Positions 36,772 through 46,354 of a DNA stretch of 64,000 bases are shown here, piece by piece. The notes under the pieces are model-generated. The model did not search any database, was not told the DNA's origin, and saw nothing but the letters and a program-made list of their open reading frames with translations. This DNA is from an uncultured Bacillota bacterium (GTDB lineage Bacteria; Bacillota_I; Bacilli_A; RF39; UBA660), in contig CAMVLZ010000002.1 in NCBI GenBank assembly GCA_947168485.1, forward strand, positions 36,523 through 100,522. Direction: 5' to 3'. The position numbers and the translations under genes are program-made. The first letter of the stretch is position 1. Each line of letters opens with the position of its first letter.

Positions 36772-38185
36772 AGGCAATAATCTTCATCTTTTTTAATATA
36801 GTAGTTACTCCTGTTTTAATAAATTTTCTATTTAATAAATAAGAGTAAATTACTGATAATACTAAACTTATAATATTTAAATATAAATTATTATAATAGT
36901 ATAAGAAGAATGCGATAACAAATACTAATAATATACTTAATATTGCTTTCTTATCAAATGTTATTTTCATATACTTTTTTAAATCAAAATATCTATACAT
37001 CATCATAGCAAAATAACTTAATGCTGTAGATATAGCAGCAGCCCAAATACCTAGCCATTTAATAAAAGCTATATTAACTATAATATTAATTATAGCTCCA
37101 ATTATAGTAGTTAAAGCCACTTCTTTAGTCTTCTTTAATCCAATATATATTCCTGTATATAAAGTAATTACTACATTAAATACATAAGCTATTATTAGTA
37201 TAGGTATATAGTTTATAGCATCATTAAACTTAGAATTAATAAATATTGGGAATACAAATGGCATAACTGTAATTAAACATAATCCAATACAAGAAAATAA
37301 TTTAACCATACTATTAATAACATCACTGAAGAATACTTCTCTATCATCATCATTTATATGTAGAGCTGATGACTCAGACCAACTTAAATTAAATATACCT
37401 AAAAGTGATGATAATATTGTTGGAAACTTATTACTAATAGCATATAAACCATTAGCAGCACTTCCTAGTATCCAAGATATTATTGTTCTATCAGAAACAT
37501 TAACTATCCACCAACTAATACCATTAGGAACTAAAGGTATAGAGTATTTTAACATTCCTTTTATTAACTTAGTATCTTTTAACTTAAATGTTAAGTACTT
37601 ATATAATTTTAATCTAATAAATAAGTATAAAGAACAAATACCATTCGCAATAGCCATTGATAAAATCATACCATCTGATCTAAATCCTAAACCTACTATT
37701 AATATTAAGTTAGAAATAATAGTAGTAATACCTGTAGCAACACAAGCTATTGAAAAATCTACTGTCTTTCCCATACCTCTAGCAACTTGTAAGAAGTTAC
37801 CTGAAAGTAAACATACTATAACATCAATATATATTAATAATTTATATGGAATATTTGTAGTTAAACTAACTATTAAATAAATAATACTAAATATAATTAT
37901 TGATATAAATAATATATAAAAGTTATTACTCATTAACTTCTTAGTATCTTTTTCACTATTTCTAGAATCTACTAAGTATCTAAAAATACTCATTTCTGTT
38001 TCTAAAGTAAGAATAGGTACTAATAAAGTAACATAAGTTTGAATTAAATCTACTAAACCATATTGTGAAGTTGATAAGTATGCTGTATAAAGTGGTAATA
38101 AAAAGAAAGATATTAATTGAGTACTTACTTTACCTAAGAATATTATGATTGTATTTTTTACTAATTGTCTTTTCTTTTGATTCAT
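36770..38185 (-). CDS. MOP-superfamily oligosaccharide/polysaccharide flippase (Wzx/MurJ-like)
   Basis: 471 aa with about 14 hydrophobic helices. The N-terminus (KNTIIIFLGKVSTQLISFFLLPLYTAYLS) is typical of the Polysacc_synt family. Confidence 0.7.
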   Translation of the reverse strand: MNQKKRQLVKNTIIIFLGKVSTQLISFFLLPLYTAYLSTSQYGLVDLIQTYVTLLVPILTLETEMSIFRYLVDSRNSEKDTKKLMSNNFYILFISIIIFSIIYLIVSLTTNIPYKLLIYIDVIVCLLSGNFLQVARGMGKTVDFSIACVATGITTIISNLILIVGLGFRSDGMILSMAIANGICSLYLFIRLKLYKYLTFKLKDTKLIKGMLKYSIPLVPNGISWWIVNVSDRTIISWILGSAANGLYAISNKFPTILSSLLGIFNLSWSESSALHINDDDREVFFSDVINSMVKLFSCIGLCLITVMPFVFPIFINSKFNDAINYIPILIIAYVFNVVITLYTGIYIGLKKTKEVALTTIIGAIINIIVNIAFIKWLGIWAAAISTALSYFAMMMYRYFDLKKYMKITFDKKAILSILLVFVIAFFLYYYNNLYLNIISLVLSVIYSYLLNRKFIKTGVTTILKKMKIIA

Positions 38186-38191
38186 AATTAC

Positions 38192-39616
38192 CTACTTCTT
38201 TGCTTCTCTAACAGCTCTTAGAGCTTCTTCCATCTCTGAATATGGTTCATATCCATTAGCAGTTATTTGATATGGTTCATTACCCTTACATAGTAATAAA
38301 ATTATATCTTTATCTCCAGCCAATTCAACTGCTCTATCAATAGCTTTACCTCTATCAAGAACAATTTCATAATTAACTTTATCATCTAATTCACTAACCA
38401 TTTGATCACATATTTCTTTAGGATCTTCATTTCTAGGATCATCAGTAGTAAATATAGTTACATCACTTAATTCACCACATACATTACCAATTACTGGTCT
38501 TTTTTCAGCATCTCTTCCTCCAGCACTACCAATAACAGTAATAATCTTATTATGATCTAAATCTCTAGCAAATTTTAATATAGCTTCTATAGCATGAGGT
38601 GTATGAGCAAAATCAATAATAATAGTATAAGGTTCATCTATATCTAATACTTCCATTCTACCTTCTACTTTAATATTCTTGATATTTTCAATTATCTTAT
38701 CTAATTCAAATCCTTGACATAAACATACTAACATAGCAGCAGCTAAATTATATATATTATATTCAGCTAATAATGGAGAATTAACTTTAAACTCTTTATT
38801 TTCATAACTAAAAGTAATATCAGTATGATCTCTAAATAATTTAAAATCTACTATTCTTAAATCACAAGATTCATCTTTACCATAAGTTAATACTTTTCCA
38901 TTACAATTTTCTTTTACTCTATCAAAATGTTCTTCATCTCTATTTATAATACAATAACCATTCTCTTTAGTTTGTCTAAATAATTGTAATTTAGAATTAA
39001 AATAATGTTCAAAAGTCTTATGAATATTTAAATGTTCTGGAGCAACATTAGTAAATACAGATACATCAAAATCAAATGTTTGAAGTCTTTCTCTATAAAA
39101 AGCTTCACTACTAGTTTCAATAGATAAGTATTTACATCCTTTATTTCTAAATATATCCATAAATTTATATAAAAGATCAGCATCAGGTGTAGTATTAATT
39201 AAATGTTCATGAAATCCTTCACATATAGCTCCATTAGTACCAATATAACCACAATTCTTTATACCCATTAATGTTTGAACTATTAAAGCAAGTGTAGTCT
39301 TACCATCAGTACCAGTAATACCTACTATCTTTAAATCATCATCTGGATAATCATAAAATTTTTGACATAATCTAGGAAATTCATAATTAGTATCATCTAC
39401 TCTAATAAGAGGAACACTTTTCTCTCCTACATCACGACTCACTACACAAGCAACTGCTCCATGATCTATCGCATCATCAATATAATCATGTCTATCCGCA
39501 GTAACTCCCATAGTACATACAAAAATATTACCCTTTTCTACTTCTTTTGAATTCATTGATATTCCAGTTACTTCAATATCACTATCAATATCATATAAAT
39601 CTCTTAATGTTTTCAT
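38192..39616 (-). CDS. murE: UDP-N-acetylmuramoyl-tripeptide synthetase MurE
   Basis: GITGTDGKTT P-loop and Mur ligase middle and C-terminal domains (TDDPRNEDP). ATG at 39616 is preceded by AGGTGA. Confidence 0.9.
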   Translation of the reverse strand: MKTLRDLYDIDSDIEVTGISMNSKEVEKGNIFVCTMGVTADRHDYIDDAIDHGAVACVVSRDVGEKSVPLIRVDDTNYEFPRLCQKFYDYPDDDLKIVGITGTDGKTTLALIVQTLMGIKNCGYIGTNGAICEGFHEHLINTTPDADLLYKFMDIFRNKGCKYLSIETSSEAFYRERLQTFDFDVSVFTNVAPEHLNIHKTFEHYFNSKLQLFRQTKENGYCIINRDEEHFDRVKENCNGKVLTYGKDESCDLRIVDFKLFRDHTDITFSYENKEFKVNSPLLAEYNIYNLAAAMLVCLCQGFELDKIIENIKNIKVEGRMEVLDIDEPYTIIIDFAHTPHAIEAILKFARDLDHNKIITVIGSAGGRDAEKRPVIGNVCGELSDVTIFTTDDPRNEDPKEICDQMVSELDDKVNYEIVLDRGKAIDRAVELAGDKDIILLLCKGNEPYQITANGYEPYSEMEEALRAVREAKK

Positions 39617-39714
39617 TCTATCACCTAATAGAATTATACAGTAAAGACCTTGAAAAATAAAGACTATATCTTGTGAATTAAAAATATTTAATGTAAAATT
39701 AAATTGGTGATTAT

Positions 39715-40620
39715 ATGAATACAATTATATTTTCAGCACAAGCTGATTTAGGAATAAATGTAGATGGAGATCAACAAGGTTCTCTACAATTAGTAAATGA
39801 TATTAGAAGTTTCTTTAAAGGAGAAATACTAGAATTAGTTGAACCAAACATAATAAAAAGTAGAAATCTATCTGATAGAAGAAAAAATGAATATGAATTA
39901 AATAGATATAATACTACTCTATATGAAAAACAAGTAGAATTAAAATCAAATGAAGATAACTTTGTTATTACTATAGGTGGAGATGAATCAGTATCAATAC
40001 CTTCTGCTTTAGCAGATAAAGAAGTAAAAAAAGATGTTGGATTAATCTATTTCACAGGAGCATGTTTATTTGATACATTTGAAACTACTCAAAATGGTAA
40101 TTTAAAAGATTTAACTATCTCAGCTATAACAGGATATAAAACAAAAGAGATGCATTATTATCATGAAGAACCTATTCCTACATCTCGTGCAGTAATTATT
40201 GGTTGTCGTGAATTAAATAAAGAACAAAAAGAAAACTTAAGATATTCTGGAATACAATATTATACTGCTCAAGATTTAAAAGAACAAGGTATTGAAGAAA
40301 TAATGGAAAAAGCATTTGAAATAGCTAATTATAAAACAAAAGGTGTACATATAGCTTTTTCAATGACATTTATAGATCCAGAATATGCTCCAGCTGTATC
40401 AGAACCAAAATTTGATGGTTTAGATGAATCATCAGTAACAACAATAAATGAAATAATAACAAAACATATAGATGAAGTAACTAGTTATGACTTTGTAGCA
40501 TTCAACCCACTAAGAGATGAAGAAAGAAAAACAGAACAAATCGCAATAAACATTTTAGCTCAAATTATAAATGCTGCTAACTATAAATCTAAACTTGGAA
40601 AAGTAGAAAGGAAATACTAA
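39715..40620 (+). CDS. arginase/ureohydrolase-fold protein lacking the Mn ligands (pseudoenzyme candidate)
   Basis: GGDES in place of GGDHS, YFTGACLFD in place of DAHxD, AFSMTFIDP in place of SxDxDxxDP, and VAFNP in place of ExNP. Confidence 0.65.
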   Translation: MNTIIFSAQADLGINVDGDQQGSLQLVNDIRSFFKGEILELVEPNIIKSRNLSDRRKNEYELNRYNTTLYEKQVELKSNEDNFVITIGGDESVSIPSALADKEVKKDVGLIYFTGACLFDTFETTQNGNLKDLTISAITGYKTKEMHYYHEEPIPTSRAVIIGCRELNKEQKENLRYSGIQYYTAQDLKEQGIEEIMEKAFEIANYKTKGVHIAFSMTFIDPEYAPAVSEPKFDGLDESSVTTINEIITKHIDEVTSYDFVAFNPLRDEERKTEQIAINILAQIINAANYKSKLGKVERKY

Positions 40621-40641
40621 TTAGTATTTCCTTCTTTTTTT
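40608..40641. terminator. bidirectional terminator formed by a 26-nt perfect palindrome at convergent gene ends
   Basis: AAGGAAATACTAA|TTAGTATTTCCTT (40608-40633) followed by a T-run. Both stop codons lie at its centre. Confidence 0.7.
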
Positions 40642-41127
40642 ATCACTCTTATCATATTCTCTAACTTGATCATCAAAATCTATCAAATGACCAAACTCAT
40701 TAAATACTGCTTTTTGATATTGAGTAACTTTAAAATATTCTTTATCTTTATTACAAAAAACTTCCTTTTTAATAGATGAAACAGTGCTTAAACCAGTCTT
40801 ATAATCATATGAAAAAACATGTTCATCTTCAATCATAGGTATTCTTTTACAATCTCTTCTTTTAATTTTAATATTATTATGATGATTATAAATCTTACAT
40901 TCTATTTCTTTATTATCATAAGTTTTGATTCTCGCAACAGTTTCATGTCCATAAGGATACTCAGTCTCATAAGAAATAGTTTCTCCTTGTCTATAAAAAT
41001 CATAATTGTTCTTTCCACAATAAAGATTCTTTAAACTAAAAAAGTCATCTTGGTCTAATAAAAAAGTTAAAGAATCAAAAGCAGAACTTTCTTTAAAATT
41101 CTTACTAAGTAAAAAATCAAGTGCCAT
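40621..41127 (-). CDS. hypothetical protein (168 aa)
   Basis: ORF in the track. ATG at 41127 is preceded by GGGGGG. No recognisable motif. Confidence 0.55.
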   Translation of the reverse strand: MALDFLLSKNFKESSAFDSLTFLLDQDDFFSLKNLYCGKNNYDFYRQGETISYETEYPYGHETVARIKTYDNKEIECKIYNHHNNIKIKRRDCKRIPMIEDEHVFSYDYKTGLSTVSSIKKEVFCNKDKEYFKVTQYQKAVFNEFGHLIDFDDQVREYDKSDKKRRKY

Positions 41128-41177
41128 ATAACATCCCCCCAAATGTGTGCATATTATATCATAAAATTATAAAAAAG

Positions 41178-41206
41178 TAAAATAAAAGGATACAATATGC
41201 ATCCTT
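41178..41206 (-). terminator. intrinsic terminator after the giant pilin gene
   Basis: AAGGAU-(9 nt)-AUCCUU followed by UUUUAUUUU. Confidence 0.5.
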
Positions 41207-41218
41207 ATATTTTTTTAT

Positions 41219-43066
41219 TTATTTACATTTATTTCCATAATTACATGATCTACTAACCGGTAATCCACTAGTACAATTATTTAAAAGATCACACAATTTA
41301 TTCAAACGAACAGTTAATGGATTATTAGAAGTAGCTAAAATATCCTGTGTACTTCTAGCTCCATTAAAGCTTTCATTTTTACCGCCCCAAGAAACATTAG
41401 CATGAGGAGGAGAAATAGTAATACCTTCACGATAATAAATACCACAACCACTATCATTATAATCTATTTGATAATAATGTTTTGATCCATTTTTCCAATA
41501 ATCACCAGTTTTATAAGTGATAACATAAGTAGGTTTAGCTTTATCAATTCTAACATATTCAGACACTTCATCAGAACAATTATTAGTATCGTTGGCACCA
41601 CTCGCTTTAATATTACAAACTTTATATGTATATTTTTCATTAACTACTTTATTATTAGCACAAGTAAAAGTTCTAGGATAAATAGTTTTTTGCTTAGTTT
41701 TATTATTAAACTTTTTATATTTACCATCATCAACTTTATAATACCAATATCCTAATAAAGAAGCATCAGTACTAGTAGAAACTTTCCATTTTATATTAGA
41801 TTTTGTCCAGTTTTCTTTATATTTATTAGTTGTAAATTTTTTTGGACTAGTAATAGTAATAACAGGAGTTTTTGGTTTTGAAAGTTTCCAATTAGCATAC
41901 AAAGTAATTTCACAACCCTTAGTATGAACATCTTCTGCTTTACAAAAATCATCATAACTATAATCAGAAGTTTGATTATAATTTGTACCAGTACCATTAG
42001 CCTTAGTATTCCATACATCATCATCTATATAATAACCTGCTCTAGATAAATTTAAATAATCTTCATTATTCCAATTAATTAATCCACTAGAAGATAATTT
42101 TTTACCATATTTAATAGTATGAATTATATTAGTACTATTATTAATATATACATAATCGTTTTTAAGAGAATATTTAGAATTATAAGGGCTTTTTAAACTA
42201 CCACCATTACTATTAATATGAATAATAACTTTACCCACAAAATAATTAATAGTATAACTCCAACCTTTTCTTATTTTTTCATAACGACCAATTGTCTTAT
42301 TATTATCAACATCTTCTAATTCTCCATAGAATACAATTTGATATGTTGTATTCTCATCAGGATCTTCCATATTATCTGGTAAATTAATTTTTCTAGTAAC
42401 ACTAGAAGCATAATTCTTATTATTAAATTTTATTGTATTTTCATCACCTATCTTATTAGAATCTTTATACCATTGATAAGTAATCTCTTGGTCTTCTTTT
42501 AATCCTACACCATCATCTGAAATAGTAACTGATAATTTAGGTTTTTGATTCAAATAATAATACTCATTACCAGCATATTCACTAGAATCTTTAATTGTCA
42601 ATTGAGGTCCTTCTCCATCTTCTAAACTACAACTATCTAAATTAATTTCTTCAGGTCCTTCTCCATAAACAATTTCATAATTATCATTTCTACAAGTCAT
42701 ATGAGTATCATAATTATAATTACCATTTTTACTCTTTCTAACAAATACATAAGTAAAAGTCTTACCCTCACTTTCTCCTCCGCAATAAACATCTTTTAAT
42801 TGTAAGTCTTCAATCATATCTTTTTCTTTTAAATCTTCATACGTAATAACAGCACAACCAGTATTTTTAACACCAAATAAATCTTGATTATAATTATCTA
42901 CATATAATTGAGAAGAAGCTCTAATAGATTTTTCATATGTTACATATTTAGCATCTTTATTATTACTTTGAATAAAGGTAATTGAAGGTACAGCAATTAT
43001 CATCAATACACCCATTATCGCTATAGCAACAATTAATTCTATCATAGTAAAACCTTTACTCTTCAT
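41219..43066 (-). CDS. giant type IV prepilin-like protein (615 aa) with a Listeria-Bacteroides (Flg_new)-like repeat
   Basis: MKSKGFTMIELIVAIAIMGVLMIIAVP is a class III signal. An internal stretch, INSNGGSL...RAGYYIDDDVWNTKANGTGTNY...ITLYANWK, resembles Flg_new. The C-terminus is Cys-rich. ATG at 43066 is preceded by AGGTGA, and a terminator lies upstream of it. Confidence 0.8.
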   Translation of the reverse strand: MKSKGFTMIELIVAIAIMGVLMIIAVPSITFIQSNNKDAKYVTYEKSIRASSQLYVDNYNQDLFGVKNTGCAVITYEDLKEKDMIEDLQLKDVYCGGESEGKTFTYVFVRKSKNGNYNYDTHMTCRNDNYEIVYGEGPEEINLDSCSLEDGEGPQLTIKDSSEYAGNEYYYLNQKPKLSVTISDDGVGLKEDQEITYQWYKDSNKIGDENTIKFNNKNYASSVTRKINLPDNMEDPDENTTYQIVFYGELEDVDNNKTIGRYEKIRKGWSYTINYFVGKVIIHINSNGGSLKSPYNSKYSLKNDYVYINNSTNIIHTIKYGKKLSSSGLINWNNEDYLNLSRAGYYIDDDVWNTKANGTGTNYNQTSDYSYDDFCKAEDVHTKGCEITLYANWKLSKPKTPVITITSPKKFTTNKYKENWTKSNIKWKVSTSTDASLLGYWYYKVDDGKYKKFNNKTKQKTIYPRTFTCANNKVVNEKYTYKVCNIKASGANDTNNCSDEVSEYVRIDKAKPTYVITYKTGDYWKNGSKHYYQIDYNDSGCGIYYREGITISPPHANVSWGGKNESFNGARSTQDILATSNNPLTVRLNKLCDLLNNCTSGLPVSRSCNYGNKCK

Positions 43067-43111
43067 ACGATCACCTATTATAAGTTTATCACTACAAAAA
43101 ATATATGTAAA

Positions 43112-43143
43112 TATAAAAACCAACGCTTTTTAAACGTTGGTTT
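43112..43143 (-). terminator. intrinsic terminator after the 1044-aa gene
   Basis: AAACCAACG-(9 nt)-CGUUGGUUU followed by a U-rich tail. Confidence 0.7.
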
Positions 43144-43147
43144 ATTA

Positions 43148-46100
43148 TTATTCATCAGCAAACATAAATTTATTAGTACCTACTCTAATATCATAATTAT
43201 TATTAGTTTTTCTAATCTTTAAACCATCTACTTTATCAGTAAAATCAATATATGGAGCATCAAAATATTTATAATTATTAGAAATATATCTTCTAAAATT
43301 ATTATCAGTAAATCCATATACTCCATCATTTTCACTTAAATGATAATTAATTTTGAATCCATCTAATGTAACATAATTTTCTGGTAAATATACATCTCCA
43401 AAATCTTCATCTTCAAGTTCTACACATTCTTCGTCTTCCTCACCAGAAGTATTACCTATATATGGATAATATTCATCTTGCTCATCATTTAATTCATAGT
43501 ATGTTTCTAGATATTTATTGAATTCTTTTTCAGTAATTTCATAATCATTACCAACTATATAATAATTATTTTTATTTTCAATAAAATTATATAAGTCAAA
43601 ATCACCTTTCATCTTTTCAATATTAAGCATGTATAAATTATCACTATCTAAATCAATAGAATCAACACTAGTACTAGTTAAATTAAGTCCAGTAATATTA
43701 GAACCAATCTTACCAGTAACATCAGTAGTACCTTCTAAAGATAAAACTAATGATTCAATATCAGAAAGACTATCACTAATCTCTTCTAAATTATTAATCT
43801 TATTATTACCAATATCTAATCCAGATAAATTAGTAATTTTATTTAATTCAGTAATATCAGAAACTTTATTAGAATTAATATCTAAAGAATCTAATTTTCT
43901 AAATTTAGCAATTCCATCAAGAGATTCTAAATTATTCTTAGCTAATTTTAAATATTCAATATTTCTAGAAGCTTCATCTATTTTACTGATCTTATTACCA
44001 TCTAATGATAATAGTTTTACTTCTCTAAGTTTATTTATACCTTTTAAACTACTAATATTATTATTATTTAAATAAACTTCAGTAGCTTTAGGATAACTAG
44101 TTAATAAATCATAATTCTCTAAATTATTATTACTTAAATCAATATAAACTACATTTTTATTTTTACTAGCTTTAGTAATCTTATTATTATTAGCTTGAAT
44201 ATATTGTAAATCTTCTCCTTCTAAATTTAATTCAGTAATATTATTATTATTTAAAACAACTGAATAAATTTTAGCATCATTTAAAGCAGAAGTATCAGTA
44301 ATACCATTATTAGCTAATTCTAAGTAACCAATTTCTTTATCTTTTAAGAAACTTAAATCTTTAATAGAATTATTATCTAATCCTATATATGAAATATATT
44401 CACTAGTACCAATACTATTAATATTACTAATATTATTATTAGTAACAGCTAATGATGATAGATTTAAATTAGATAAATCTTCTAATTCAGTAATACCACA
44501 ATTATTTAAAGTTAAGAAACTTAAACTTTCAATATTAGAATATCCACTAACATTAGTATTTCCATCTAACATTAAACCTACAATAGAAATATTTTTTAAT
44601 GAACTAACATTAGTAATTTTATTATTAGATAAATCTAATATTTGTAATCCATATAAATCTGCTAACATAGAAACATTTGTAATATTATTGTTTGCTAAAT
44701 CCAAATATTGTACATCAGGGAATAATTGAACTATATCTCTAACATCTTCATTATTAAGTCCCATATCACTTAAATCTAATGAATATAAGTTACGGAATGC
44801 ATTAGGATTAACAACTTCTTCATTACCATATTTAGTAATTTTAGTACCAAGTACTTTCTTAATAACTTCTTGAACTTTATCGCTATAATCACTTAATTTA
44901 GTAAAGTTTTCTTTAGTATCAGTAACTGAAATAACTCCAGCTAAATTAGATTCAATAAAAGCATCATCATAAGAATAATATTGATATCCTTTATCTCCTG
45001 TACCTTCTCCCCAAGAATTAAGTACTATATAAGCACCATCATGAGTTGGTTTAGTTCCATCACTAGCTTTAAAATTATTTTTAGAATAAGTATCATCCCA
45101 TCCAACTATAGATACAGCATGATTAATCCATTCATCATCACTAGTACCAGAACTATAGCAATTCTTACCATCTTGTCCAAATACTTCAGCATATATTGAT
45201 CCATATTGCATAATATGAGATTTTATATAACTTCTAACTGATGTTAAATCAGCATCATTATAATCCTCTACTTTATTTCCTTCTTTATAGATAGATGGAA
45301 AATCTATAGAGTAATCAATATATAAATTACGTTCTCTACCTAATAAATCAAAACTCTCTTCTAATGATAAATCTTTATATTCATCATCAGCTTCAGTAGC
45401 TAAACCAAAATAATCAGAAATTTCAGCTACTTCACCAAAATATCCAGGTCCATGAGGTCTTCTATAACCAAATAAATAATCAGATGACATATAATCATCA
45501 TAAATTTCAGATAAATCTAAATCTTTATTATGAGTTAAAGCATAATTAGTTTCAATAGAATTATTAGCTGCAAAAGCCCAACATAAAGAATAATTATTTT
45601 GATCTTCTACTTTTAATTTAATTTTATCTTTTAAATTAAATTTTTTAGGTAAACCATTAGCATCTAAATCATCATAAACATCAACTTTATCTAATTTTTC
45701 CTTAGGAACAACATTCTTTTTAGGAACAACTTCTGTTTTCTTCTTTTGTTTATCAGTTAACTTTTCATATTTTTTGTAACTCTTACTATAAGTTTTCTCT
45801 TTTTGTTCTTTTTTAACTTCATCTTGTTTAGTTACTTCTTTAGTCTTATCGACATTCATTATCTCTTTATTTTCTTTTTTAACATCATTTAAAGTAACTA
45901 AATCATCAGTTTTACTATGTTTAGCATTATATTTCTTAGTAACAATAATAAAACCAAGTACTAAGATAATAAGAACTAAGATGACAATAAATATCTTTTG
46001 AAATTTATTACTAGAATCATCTTTATCAGATTCTTCTTTTTTATCATCAGTTTCTTCTTTAGATTCTTCATCTTCAGACTTTTCTTCATCAGTTGTTTCA

Positions 46101-46282
46101 TCTTCAGAATCGTCATCAGTCTTTTCATCTGACTCTTCTTTTTCTTCGTCTTCAGATTTTTCTTCCTCTTCTTCAATCATTTCATCTGTTTCTTCTTCGA
46201 GCTTTTTAAATTTTTCAATTTCTTTTTCAAGTTCTTTTTCTTGCTGTGATTTTTCTTCTAAATCTTTTTCTTTATCTTTCAT
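43148..46282 (-). CDS. membrane-anchored papain-like (C1) cysteine peptidase fused to a leucine-rich-repeat domain
   Basis: Acidic/Lys low-complexity N-terminus (~95 aa), one TM (IFIVILVLIILVLGFIIV), C1 motifs QNNYSLCWAF, NHAVSIVGWDD and NSWG, then about 15-18 LRRs (LDLSNNKITNVSSL...). Confidence 0.8.
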   Translation of the reverse strand: MKDKEKDLEEKSQQEKELEKEIEKFKKLEEETDEMIEEEEEKSEDEEKEESDEKTDDDSEDETTDEEKSEDEESKEETDDKKEESDKDDSSNKFQKIFIVILVLIILVLGFIIVTKKYNAKHSKTDDLVTLNDVKKENKEIMNVDKTKEVTKQDEVKKEQKEKTYSKSYKKYEKLTDKQKKKTEVVPKKNVVPKEKLDKVDVYDDLDANGLPKKFNLKDKIKLKVEDQNNYSLCWAFAANNSIETNYALTHNKDLDLSEIYDDYMSSDYLFGYRRPHGPGYFGEVAEISDYFGLATEADDEYKDLSLEESFDLLGRERNLYIDYSIDFPSIYKEGNKVEDYNDADLTSVRSYIKSHIMQYGSIYAEVFGQDGKNCYSSGTSDDEWINHAVSIVGWDDTYSKNNFKASDGTKPTHDGAYIVLNSWGEGTGDKGYQYYSYDDAFIESNLAGVISVTDTKENFTKLSDYSDKVQEVIKKVLGTKITKYGNEEVVNPNAFRNLYSLDLSDMGLNNEDVRDIVQLFPDVQYLDLANNNITNVSMLADLYGLQILDLSNNKITNVSSLKNISIVGLMLDGNTNVSGYSNIESLSFLTLNNCGITELEDLSNLNLSSLAVTNNNISNINSIGTSEYISYIGLDNNSIKDLSFLKDKEIGYLELANNGITDTSALNDAKIYSVVLNNNNITELNLEGEDLQYIQANNNKITKASKNKNVVYIDLSNNNLENYDLLTSYPKATEVYLNNNNISSLKGINKLREVKLLSLDGNKISKIDEASRNIEYLKLAKNNLESLDGIAKFRKLDSLDINSNKVSDITELNKITNLSGLDIGNNKINNLEEISDSLSDIESLVLSLEGTTDVTGKIGSNITGLNLTSTSVDSIDLDSDNLYMLNIEKMKGDFDLYNFIENKNNYYIVGNDYEITEKEFNKYLETYYELNDEQDEYYPYIGNTSGEEDEECVELEDEDFGDVYLPENYVTLDGFKINYHLSENDGVYGFTDNNFRRYISNNYKYFDAPYIDFTDKVDGLKIRKTNNNYDIRVGTNKFMFADE
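43700..44790 (-). repeat. LRR-encoding ~66-nt periodic repeats
   Basis: LxxLxLxxNxIxxI/L units of ~22 aa repeat in the translation. Boundaries are approximate. Confidence 0.7.
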
Positions 46283-46313
46283 AAATCACTCTCCTATTAT
46301 CAACATAATACCA

Positions 46314-46342
46314 CAAAAAAAGAGAAGTGTATACACATCTCT
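46314..46342 (-). terminator. intrinsic terminator of ftsZ
   Basis: AGAGAUGUGUA/UACACUUCUCU hairpin (one mismatch) followed by U7. Confidence 0.7.
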
Positions 46343-46354
46343 AAATATTTTTAA

